Shown: positions 10,028-20,413, numbered from the stretch's first letter. The stretch is DNA of 32,000 nt from Candidatus Saccharimonadota bacterium (GCA_004563595.2 CP042461.1:60001-92000), one strand, 5' to 3'. Notes: generated by a model not told the origin, from the letters alone. Numbers and translations: made by a program.

Positions 10028-10270
10028 ATGTTAGGAAAATTAAAGAAAAGAAAAAGACTAAGAGTTCATGGATTCATGAAAAGAAGCTCAACTGTATGAG
10101 GGAGAAATGTCTTAAAAAATAGAAGAAGGAAAGGAAGACATATATTAGCAGTAAGTTACCCAAAAAGATACCAAGAAATTAATGGGAAAGCTAAAATGCA
10201 TATTATTGCTTGAGGTACAGCAAAAAAATCACCTTTTGATGGAAAAGGAAACTATGTTAAAAGAAAATAA
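10028..10270 (+). CDS. rpmH: ribosomal protein L34 with C-terminal extension
   Basis: 80 aa. The [37 protein letters not shown] core matches L34. About 37 extra residues follow (YPKRYQEINGKAKMHIIAGGTAKKSPFDGKGNYVKRK) before the TAA at 10268-10270. Confidence 0.85.
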
Positions 10271-10293
10271 TCATATTGAGTAATTAGACATTT

Positions 10294-10653
10294 GTGATTT
10301 CAAAAAAATATAGATTACATGAAAGAGAAGTGAAAAAGGTTTTACAAAAATGAAAGCCTTTTTTTTCTTACTCTATTGTATTGAATTATATGAAAAACAA
10401 AGTATGATATTCAAGGTTTGCCATCGTTATTTGAGCAAAATCAGTTACTCATAATGTGACAAGAAATTTTTTTAGAAGAAGATTTTATGACCTTGCTTGA
10501 GAAAAACGAGAGAGTAAACAAACTGAAAATTACGACTATGTTTTTGTAGTAAAAAAGAAGACGAAATTAGATAAAAATAATGAAAAATGTGTAAAAGATT
10601 TTCTAACAGATATTACATTTCTTGCAAAGAAAATACTTCCTAAACAAAAATAA
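10294..10653 (+). CDS. rnpA: ribonuclease P protein component
   Basis: 119 aa, GTG start (an in-frame TAG lies at 10285-10287). LHEREVKKVLQKGKPF...RFAIVIGAKSVTHNVTRNFFRRRFYD fits the RnpA RNR-motif region. Lies in the conserved position between rpmH and yidC. Confidence 0.8.
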
Positions 10654-11816
10654 TGAAAAAAATATTAGATATCCTCATCATCGCTCTATTAATTGTATTG
10701 CTTGTAAATCTATTTAATGGGAATAAAGAAACGGAACTTACAAATGGGAAGCTTCTATTTGAAGCTACAGATTCATCATATACAATTCCTGCATCTGTAG
10801 GACTTAAAATCATAAATAATTCTGTAGAAGATGTTTCAATTCATAGTTGTAACGATGTGAAAGTAAATATATCATGAGAAAATATAGTTTTTTCAGAAGA
10901 TTTTTGTAAAGATGTTACCATTGCTGCTGGTGAAGAAACAGTCCTTGATTATCAAGATCAATTTTCTCAGTTTGAACAAGTATGAAAATATGTTTTTGAT
11001 ATACAAGTATGAGATAAACAACACCTTTCTGGTTTCGAAATTGAAAATAAATGAGCAATTAAGAAAATTTTTACGACCCTCTTTTATGCTCCAATATATA
11101 ACTTAATGATATTTTTGGTTGAGTTTTTTGGAAATTCACTCTGATGGGCTATTGTTTCAATCACTATAATTATTAGATTAGTTTTATTATGGCCTCAACA
11201 TAAAATGATGTTAAGCCAAAAGAAGCTTCAGGCAATTCAACCAAAAATAAAAGATATTCAAGATAAGTATAAATGAAACCAGCAAATGCTTGGAATGAAA
11301 ATGATGGAACTTTATAAAAAGGAAAAAGTAAATCCTATGGGATCATGTGGTTTTCTTTTAATTCAGATGCCTATATTACTTGTGATATATAATATTATTT
11401 TATGAATAAAAGACCCTTCAAACTTATATCACCTCTATGAATTCCTATCAGGATTTTCACTCGCTTCTATGTCTTCTAACTTCTTTGGTCTGGACTTGTT
11501 ATCAGCAGGGTGAGTGGCGTGAGCAATATTGGCTGTTTCAGTATGACTCATTCAGTTTGTTCAAATAAAGCTTTCACTGGCTGATAAAAAAATAACTTCT
11601 TCAAAGGTAGTGTTAGAAAAGAAAAAGGATACCAATAGTTATTCTCAACTTATGCCTGACCCTGAAATGATGAATAAATTTATGTTGTATGGAATGCCAT
11701 CAATGGTTGTAGTATTTACCTTTACTCTCTTTGCTTGAGTTGGTATCTACTGGGGTATGTCGACACTATTTATGGTTTTTCAACAATTAATTGTGAATAA
11801 AATACTAAAAAAGTAA
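10653..11816 (+). CDS. yidC: membrane protein insertase YidC with an N-terminal extracytoplasmic domain of about 140 aa
   Basis: 387 aa. The ATG overlaps the rnpA stop (taATG). Core reads LQAIQPKIKDIQDKYKGNQQMLGMKMMELYKKEKVNPMGSCGFLLIQMPILLVIY ... MLYGMPSMVVVFTFTLFAGVGIYWGMSTLFMVFQQ. I checked the frame codon by codon to the TAA at 11814-11816. Confidence 0.92.
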
Positions 11817-11836
11817 AGGAATAATTGCTTTATTCT

Positions 11837-11865
11837 TTGACAGATAAGGGCAAATTCGTTAGTAT
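11837..11865 (+). promoter_or_regulatory. sigma70-like promoter (TTGACA-17-TAGTAT)
   Basis: ttgaca at 11837-11842, a 17-nt spacer, then tagtat at 11860-11865. This sits 40 nt upstream of the ATG at 11905. Confidence 0.5.
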
Positions 11866-11904
11866 GTGCCTTAAGTTCAGTATTTAATTATTAATTCTAA
11901 TCTT

Positions 11905-12585
11905 ATGTCAGCAAGAAAAATATTCATTTCGTTTATATTGTTAACTATGGTAACACCTACTTTTGCATATGAAGCAGTAGAATGTTCTAGTGATGCTGTA
12001 TATGCAGCAAACTCTTGTGGTCAATGTTTTGACGGAGGTAGTAAAGGTCAATGAGAATACGTATGATTATTAAGTGATGATTGGATTAATAATACTGAAA
12101 CAAAAAAATTATTATTCAAAGAACAACAAGAGTTTCCTCAAATGGTAAACTTAGCTTCAGATTCAGTAACTTGGTCTCAAGATCCATCAAATGAAGATTT
12201 CTGGGAATATACTCCAGAGTTTAATAACTTATTTTCAGCTGATGAAGGAGGTTATATCTTAGACGCTGGTCAAACAGTAACTTGGTTAAGATCAAAAGTA
12301 TGATATGCTTATAAAATAGATAAAAATACGGTTCCATTAGATGGAAATGTAGGTCTCCTTGTATTCCCAATTACTGTTCATTCAATTGGTGACGATGGTG
12401 ATATTGCAATAGATGATGAAGAATTAAATGAATGTGTTCTTTATAAATCAGGTGAACCTGGAGAAGTTACTACTTCACCAGAACCAAAAAAACTACCAGA
12501 CACAGGTCCAGCAGAGTTTATGCTACTTGCATTACTTGCAATGATCCTAGGACTTGGAATACTCAAAGTAAGAGCGAACTCTTAA
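11905..12585 (+). CDS. LPXTG-anchored surface protein (sortase substrate)
   Basis: 226 aa. Signal peptide MSARKIFISFILLTMVTPTFA/YEA. C-terminal sorting signal LPDTG (12493-12507), then hydrophobic PAEFMLLALLAMILGLGIL and the basic tail KVRANS. Confidence 0.8.
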
Positions 12586-12604
12586 TTATATAAATATTAA
12601 AAAA

Positions 12605-12635
12605 ATCAGAAGATATATTCTTCTGATTTTTTTTG
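12605..12635 (+). terminator. rho-independent terminator
   Basis: atcagaaga (12605-12613), loop tatat, tcttctgat (12619-12627), then a T-run to 12635. Confidence 0.75.
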
Positions 12636-12734
12636 TGTTCTACTATTGTGAATAGATTATATTTAATACATTAAAATACTAAAATGTAAAGTTGATTTAT
12701 TAGGTTTTGCATGAATAAATGTGTTATTATTTAA

Positions 12735-15700
12735 ATGTTATTAAAAATATTTTTTAAACATATACGTATGTTATATATAGTAAAACAATATAAAGCTTTA
12801 TTAGGAGCACTATTAAGAAATAGACTTATAGGTGAGGATGGAGGATCATTTATACATGACTTAGATAATTTTCTTGATACTGATTCAAAAGAACCGAAAG
12901 ATTTTGCATCATTACAAAAAAAAGCTAAAACTCCTGAACAAAAAAAAGCGATTAATACTGCCCAAAAAAAAGTTGCTGAAGTGAGTAACACAAATAAAGA
13001 AGCAGTAGAGAAAGTTACAACAGAAGTAAAAGGTCAGAAAGCAAAATTGGACAAAGAAGTGACTCCATCTGCTTTTACGAACCTTGATCTTGCTACTGCT
13101 CAACAAACATTACAATATCTTAACGCTTTATCAAATACATCATTAAAAAATGGAGACGGGTGAGCAAAAGTTTCTCAGTTACAATATGCATTGTTAGGTC
13201 TTTGATATAACCTGTGACAATCATGAGAATTTAATAATTGAGCTGATGGTATTTATGGTTCAAAAGTAAAAGCAGCAGTAAGGGGAGTACAAACTGAATT
13301 AGAGTTAGACGTGACAGGAAGTTTTACGAGTACTACATTTGATAAATTAAAATCAGAACTTACTCTTGTTGTTGAATCTAAAAAATCAGAAAAAACAGTT
13401 GCTACTCAAAGTGAAGGTTCAGCTTATAAGGATCAACCTGAAGTTGTAAGCGCTCTCTCAGAGGCTGATATAGCTGCACATGAGGCTGAAATTGCAAAAC
13501 AAAGAGAGGCACTTATGAATGAAATTAATTCAGATCAGACTCAAGAGGTAAATACAGAACTTTATATCCCATATTCTAGGCCTACAAGGCAGAATAAAAT
13601 GTGAAAATGACTTGATTTAGCTGATAGAAATAGAGAAAAAGAAGTCACTTGAATTAAGAGAACAGAGCTTTTAGATCGTATGAATGTAGCATTACTACAT
13701 GATTTATTAAGAAGTGAAAATCTTGAAGAAATTTATAATGACGCATTTTCAAAAGTATCCATAAAAGAAATTACTGATGATGATGGAGTAATAACAAAAG
13801 TAGCAGAATATAATGGGATTTGAAAATTATCGAATTTTTCTGAAACTGCTAAGGTTTTAAAATCTGCATGATATGATGATGCTAAAGGGTTTTGGTGATT
13901 AGATGGTGAAGAAATGTGAGCACTTATGTTAACTATAAGAGATCAGATTAGGACTCAAAAAAATATTCCAACTATGTCTGCTGTAGGAAAAATGAAAATT
14001 CTTTTTGATTTTGATGGAGATACACATTTGGAAAGTGACTCAAAAGAAATTGATGGAATGAATTATGTATCAGAAAAACAAATTACACGTGATACTTTTA
14101 AATGAATCACATCAAATGGATACAATATATTGTTAGAAAACCTTGGTCTTCCAAATATTGAGACTGAAATGGCTCAAAACTTGTTTACTGCAAGAGAAAA
14201 ATTCCATAGAGAACTTGGTACTATGTTTGAAAGAGGATATAAATTAGGTGAACTACTTGTTGAAGGATGAGTACAACGTGCGACTGAAATGATGTATGGG
14301 AAAGAGAATGAAAAAGCGGAAGCGATTTCTAAAATTGTAGAAGAAAAGTTAATTCCTAGATTAGAGGCAGAAGCAGGGCAAGAATTAACTCCAGAAGAAA
14401 GAAAGCAAATAAAATTATTGGCTATTGGTGTTATGACATGAGGAGTGACATGAGTAGGCGCATCTTTTGATATCAAAGACTATGTAAAAGTAGTAGATAG
14501 TCTTCAAGTCGGACTCTTTAATGGTGTTCCATGAGTTGGTATATCAAAAAAGCTATGGGAAAAAAATGGTTTTGAGTTTACAGGATCAGTAGTAAATTTT
14601 TATATCCCAGTATTAACAGCTCAATATCACGATGAACCTTCATTAGAAAAAGTAAAACAAACATTTGAAGAAGAATTTGAAGGTGATTGGACTATCTCAC
14701 CGTCTATTTCTATAACAGTAGGGGCTTACCTTCCTTCAATAGCGTTTACTTATGAGAATAAAGATACATCAAAAGGTATTGATAAAAGAGTAGATAACAT
14801 GTGAGATGTATTAGATAAAATGTTTAAAGATATACAAGAATGAAAATCTTTTGATGATATCTCATATATTGAATCTAAATGAAAAGAAGAAAATAGTATT
14901 TATAATAAGATGAAAGATACATATGATACATATGGAGCATCTTTAACAGAAGAACAACAAGTGTTATTCATGAGAGACTTAAAACAAGGAGGTTTGAATT
15001 ATTATAAAATGGGTTTATATAATAATGCTTCAAAATCTAATTTTGATATCAACGCTTTCTGAATCTGAAGATGATTAGGAGATTTTAATCCACTTACATT
15101 TATTTATGTTGGTTGAGAAAATTTAAGTTTAGATTGGAAAAAAGTTATTCACTCAATTGATAGAGAAAGAGAAGTAACTACTACTCGTATTGCTTTGGAA
15201 AAAATCTGAGCAGAAGTAGTTGAATACAAAGGATTTAAAGTACTTGCTATACCAAATGGTTCAGAATATGCCATTTCATCGGATGAAAATATTATCCAAG
15301 CAGAGTACGATAAAGGAAACGATATGTTATATATCACGGGTGATATTAGAAACATTTCAGTTGCAGAGTATTCTATGGCACATTGAGCTCAAAAAACTAT
15401 TGTAGTTTGAAAATGAGTTACCAATGAAAAAGGAATGCTTCTTGATACAACTGAAAACTTAGTATCTATTGATTCAAATTTATGATTCAATATTGATTAT
15501 AGTGCAGAATCTTTAGAAAAAACTGAAATTGCAAGAGATCATTTATTTACCATTATTGACTCATGAACATTGAAAGATCCAAAAACTCCAGGTATGATGG
15601 CTCTTCAAAAAGCTATCTTCAATTATAAAAGAACATGAACTCCAACAATATCTGAATCATGGGATAAATTTATAAAAGTATTTAATGATCCTGAAATGAA

Positions 15701-16634
15701 GTCATATGCATCATGAGAGAAAGAAAATGCTCTGAAAGGTTTATTGCTATATATACAAAACACAGATATTACAAATGAAGATAAAGTTCTTATTCTTCAA
15801 TCAGTTTCATCAAACTTAATGAAGAAAAAAGCATTAAAAATAAAGGGGACAAAAGTTATGATTGAATGAGGAGAATCAACCTTAATGGAATATGATACAA
15901 ATAATAATAGGTCAGATTTCTTTGATCCAATATTTGAAAGAGAGTTATCTGATATTGCGGCAGATATTAAAGGTGCGAGAACTGAATATTTGAAGGCAAA
16001 TGGAGATAAAAGAGAATATACATTTACTTCAATAGCAGAATGAGATATTGCATTTACGGGAGTATTTTCAAAAAGATGAGACTGAGAGGATAATGTAAAT
16101 GGTTTAATGCCATATACATGAGTATATAAGGTTGCTTCATTTGAATGAGGAGTTGATATGGTGCCAATTGAAGGGAAATCAATAAATATTATTGATGCTC
16201 TTCCAACAGGATATTTAGAAAATGTAAAAACAATTTTAGAAGAAATTACATGACAAAGTTTTAGATCAGATAATGTTGATGATCCTTTTGAGAAAGTAAA
16301 AATTGCATTAAAAAGTAAGGATACTCCAATTAAATTTGAATATGACCTTTTCTTTGCTAAAATGTCAGAGTGTTTGAATGATGCTGTTATTATGAAAAAC
16401 CTTAAAATGACTGTAGGTGATAATAAAGTTACTCTCTGAGCATCTTCTACAAGTGAAGTCTATACTCCAGAGTACGCTGCACAAAAGTGGGCACTTTGAT
16501 TTACTGAAAATAAAAAAGATGATGGTAATGGTGATGATGACACAAGAACTCCTCCTCCTGGAGGAAATACAACTGAATGATGAGGGTGATCTGGGAATGT
16601 CTGAGGTGGTGAAGTTGGAGGAGGAGGTTTCTAA
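12735..16634 (+). CDS. giant hypothetical protein (1299 aa) with a PG_binding_1-like peptidoglycan-binding domain and a Gly-rich C-terminus
   Basis: Single open frame under table 25, checked codon by codon over long stretches. Track fragments 12735..13163 and 13311..13604 are in frame. nt 13164-13349 encode AKVSQLQYALLGLGYNLGQSGEFNNGADGIYGSKVKAAVRGVQTELELDVTGSFTSTTFDKL, matching the PG_binding_1 pattern (LQ..L..LGY..G..DG.[FY]G..T..AV..FQ....L..TG). The protein ends ...PPPGGNTTEGGGGSGNVGGGEVGGGGF. No signal peptide or clear TM segment. The rest is unrecognised. Confidence 0.75.
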
Positions 16635-16669
16635 TATTTAATTAATACATTAAAATATAATAAAATAAT

Positions 16670-16852
16670 ATGTGAAAAAATTGATTACATATACCAATCT
16701 TAGTTTTTCTGGCTTGCCTTCTTTTGTTTGTTTGAGCTTATTATTTAAGTTGAGAAAAGGAAGTTAGAGAGGTTAATATGGATAACGCCGAAGAGAGTTC
16801 AATCGAACATGAGGACCTCTTAAAAAAGGAAATAATTGCTCCTGATTTCTAA
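16670..16852 (+). CDS. small single-pass membrane protein (60 aa)
   Basis: MGKNGLHIPILVFLACLLLFVGAYYLSGEKEVREVNMDNAEESSIEHEDLLKKEIIAPDF. Codons 2 and 5 are TGA, so it is absent from the track. One TM helix plus an acidic tail. Support is ORF and context only. Confidence 0.4.
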
Positions 16853-16874
16853 TAGATACCTTTAAATAAAAGAA

Positions 16875-16902
16875 TTGACTTCAATTTTGTAATAAGTATA
16901 AT
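16875..16902 (+). promoter_or_regulatory. sigma70-like promoter (TTGACT-16-TATAAT)
   Basis: ttgact at 16875-16880, a 16-nt spacer, then tataat at 16897-16902. This sits 30 nt upstream of the ATG at 16933. Confidence 0.55.
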
Positions 16903-16932
16903 ATTACAATAACTTAATCATAATTAGTTTTT

Positions 16933-19821
16933 ATGAAATATATTAAAACAGCTATTATAGCAATATTCTTATTTGTGTCACCTTCCCAGGTGGCCTTTTG
17001 AGCATGATGAATAGAAATGGAAAGTTGTTCTTCAGGTGTATATAGCGCTTTTTATCCAAGTTCTTGTTCAGTATGTTGATTTGGGACTCAAAGACTTTAC
17101 GAATGAGAAGATACAGATTTCTGGGACTTTTATAATAGTACAGATTCAAATGAAGAAATATTTGCATCATCAAGTAATGCAAGTGTTACCGATTTTTGAT
17201 GATATTTAAATGATGAAAGTCTTTCATGATTATGACTGAGATCAACTTGGACACCAGTTAACTTGAGCCATAATTCAGCAGTAATATTTTTCGTAGATAA
17301 CTTAAGGCTCACATCAAGACCACCTGATGTGAATACACCAGTATGAAGAATTGATTATTTTTTGAGGTGAGCTCCAGTAGTATCAAATTGAAATTTCTCA
17401 TTTACTTGAGAAAGAGGATATCGTGAATGAACGGAAAGCTTAGTGAATTGAGAGTATGTACTTGATGCGCCTAATTTTATAGTTGACCCTGATCCAGTAA
17501 GTCAAAAAAGTATAAATACATCGGATATATTTGAACATAATGAATGTTATGTTATGTTACCAGCTTGGTGTTGAGATGGGTTAGTTACAAATTGAGAAAC
17601 ATGTGATCCACTAGATCCAGCAACAAGTGCTTGATGTAACCCACTTACCTGCCAACCATTCCCTACATTTGTACCGTTTATGGCAGTAGATATTGTCGAT
17701 GACAATGCTGACGATTTAGATGGGGTACAATGAGATGATACTCAAACTGTAAATGTTGGTTCTGGATCAACTTTTAGAGTTACATTAACAAATGCTTGAA
17801 CAGACGCTTTAGAAAATATAACTCTCCTAGATATAGTAGCTCCAGAGTGTGCATGATCTGCAACTCTGACTGGTACAACGTTTACTTGACCATCTACATG
17901 GACAAATCTTTCAGCTACCTGAGTTATTAATGGATCTTTATTACCATTAATATGAAGCCTGAGTTATAATTGTAACTTGGATAATATATCAGTAGATATC
18001 ACAAATACGATAACTGCAGCTTGATTATGAGTGAATAGTAGTCTGATTACATGAGCACTTCCTGATACAACTCTCGTTGTTGCTTGAACTGGAAGCACGA
18101 ATTTATGTTGAAATGGAATTATCGAAACACCAGAAGTATGTGATTTTGCCGATCCAACACAAACAGCTTGGGGAACAAGTGGATGTACAGCCACCTGTCA
18201 ACCAGATAATGGATGAGGATGAGGTGGAACTTGACCACAATGTAGAGCTATAGATGCATGAACATATGATAGTACGACGAATATACGTAGTGGAATAGTA
18301 TGTACTTGAAATAGTGATGTAAATTCTATTAGACTTGATTGTTGAAATGGAACAAACCTATACGGGTCTGGATCAACGGCTACATTCTCTTGTGATTATA
18401 GTGGGAATGCAAATCCAGATGAGATTAAACCAATTTGTTATGTAGCATGAAGTACTTGATTAACAAATCCTAATTCATCTTCATGGTCAACTCGTCTTGC
18501 TTGTACACCAGGAAGACCAAATGGTGGCTGAGGAGGAGGTTGAGGCTGAGGAGGTTTTTCAAAAACATGTTGAGATGGAGTGGTTCAAAGACCAAATGAT
18601 TCTTGATTCAATGAACAATGTGATACTACTCAAACTTGGTGTAGTGCTACATGTAAAGCACTTGTAACAACACAACCTTTTGGAGGAGTAGTGAAAATGT
18701 TACCAGGGAATGATTATGTTATTATTGGAGATGGAATGAATCCATATGAGGCTCATACTTTGAGTTACCCATATATTGAAAATTTATCAGAAGACCCAAA
18801 TACGGATATAGCATTTGATGAAATTTGTGTATATAATACATCAGGGTCATCACTTTCAGGAGATGGAACTCAATGTGAACCTATGGGAGTAATCTATCCA
18901 TGAGAAAAAGCATATTTTGGAAGAACTCCAGATTATAGGTGAAATACTTCTGGTATAACATCTGGTAATATAGGAGAAAATGTTTTAAGGTATTCTGTTA
19001 AAAATGATGGAACAGACTATCCGGATGCATTCTTTTCAACGGAGTTAAAAGTAAGAGTTTCAAAACCTTCTATTGCAACGGTATGAGGATGAACGAGTTT
19101 CTTAAACAATACATCTGCAGTAAAAACTCAAGATATTGCAAAATGAGAACATAAAGATGCAAATAAGAACTTTGTATGAGCATGAGTTTGAGAAAATGGC
19201 TTGAGTTATACAAAAGATGTTTCAGACACTGCCTCAGTAAATAAAATATGAGAAGAATGAAGTGTATATAATAATACACTGAATGGATCAATAAATGATC
19301 TATGATCAAATTGATGAACCCGTACAGATATAAATGACTTCGATAATTATAATGGTATAGAAAATGTTTATATCTTAAAGAATTATAACTTTAAGATCGA
19401 ATCTGACCTATTCTCAAGCATCAATTGACCAAGAACATATGTTATAGAGAATTGAAACCTTATTATTTCTTCTGATATAACTTATTCAGATAATATAGCA
19501 TTTGTTGTAAAGTGATGAAATATTATTATAGATGAAGAAGTAAGAAGTATTAAAGGAGTCTATATCTCTATTCCAAAATGATCGAGGTGATGAAAGTTTA
19601 TATGACTATGAACAACAAATAATATATTAAAAGTAGAATGATCATTGTATTGAAATATAGAGAATCTTGTAAGCAAGAGAACCTATATAAATGAAAATGC
19701 AAGCTGACAAATTAGTGTATGAACAATTGTAAGTTTTGGTTCGAGTATCTTTAGGAAACCTGCACCACTTACTTGAAAATTTATATGAGAATATTTAGAA
19801 GCTGAAAAGATAGCAAAATAA
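16933..19821 (+). CDS. large secreted Cys-rich-repeat surface protein (adhesin-like, 962 aa)
   Basis: Signal peptide MKYIKTAIIAIFLFVSPSQVAFG. Three CxDG...E.CD repeats of the myxococcal Cys-rich / DUF4215 type: WCGDGLVTNGETCDPLD, LCGNGIIETPEVCDFAD and TCGDGVVQRPNDSGFNEQCD. A DUF11/CARDB-like stretch reads QTVNVGSGSTFRVTLTNAGTDALENITLLD. Poly-Gly linkers are present. Track ORF 18691..18903 is in frame. TAA at 19819-19821. Confidence 0.8.
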
Positions 19822-19824
19822 AAA

Positions 19825-19851
19825 AATGTGGATTTTTCCACATTTTTTTTT
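19825..19851 (+). terminator. rho-independent terminator
   Basis: aatgtgga (19825-19832), loop tttt, tccacatt (19837-19844), then a T-run. Confidence 0.75.
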
Positions 19852-19888
19852 ATACTCAATTCATATTAAAATTTTATAAGAAACAAAT

Positions 19889-20413
19889 ATGAAAATAACA
19901 ATTTTTTGATTCGCATGAAGTGGAACATCAACGATATGAAAACTTCTTGCAGAACAGATGAATTATAACTTTATGTCGAGTGGAAATATCATGAGATCTT
20001 GGGCTGAAGACTTAGGGTTAACTATTTATGATTTTGAAGATACTGTCATAAAAGATGATTCAAATTTTGATTTAAAATTAGATCAAAAAGTAGCAAATTA
20101 TTGAAAAGATAATAGTGATTTTATTTTTGAAAGCCGTTTGGCTTGGCATTTTATACCAGATTCAATTAAAATTTTTTTAAAGTGTAATACAGATGAAAGG
20201 TATAGAAGAATACATAAAAGAGAAAAATGATCTCATGAAGATATCATATCAAAAAATGAAAAAAGAGAATCAGATCTTGTGGAGAGATATAATAATGTGT
20301 ATCCACATATAAACTTTCCACCAGAGGAGACTGATTTTGATATAGTTATTGATGCCACTCATATTACTCCAGAAGAAATAATTACGCTTATTTGAGAAAA
20401 AATAAAATGATAA
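19889..20413 (+). CDS. cytidylate kinase family protein (archaeal-type, Cytidylate_kin2-like P-loop kinase)
   Basis: 174 aa. MKITIFGFAGSGTSTIGKLLAEQM P-loop (Gly via TGA). FIFESRLAWHFIP, IFLKCNTDERYRRIHKRE and EKRESDLVERY match the short CMP-kinase architecture. Confidence 0.7.

Noticed and set aside
9929-10300. Replication origin near rpmH-rnpA-yidC
   Set aside because: No dnaA gene is adjacent (pyrH is upstream), and I saw no cluster of TTATCCACA-like boxes. The only near-matches are isolated: tatccaca inside the cmk-like gene near 20300, and the terminator stem at 19828.
14174-14476. 100-aa minus-strand track ORF, plus similar antisense ORFs at 12731-12991, 12912-13106 and 15149-15355
   Set aside because: All lie antisense within the continuous 3.9-kb plus-strand frame. 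They are typical shadow ORFs of an AT-rich gene.
16417-16641. 74-aa plus-strand ORF overlapping the end of the giant gene (…MMVMVMMTQELLLLEE…)
   Set aside because: It lies in a different frame from the long gene. The long gene's frame continues without TAA/TAG to 16634 and yields a coherent Pro/Gly-rich tail. The ORF has no independent support.
17964-18194. Minus-strand track ORFs inside 16933-19821 (16955-17182, 17130-17312, 17964-18194, 19070-19309)
   Set aside because: They are antisense shadows of the 962-aa Cys-rich protein gene, whose frame is continuous and carries a signal peptide and repeat motifs.
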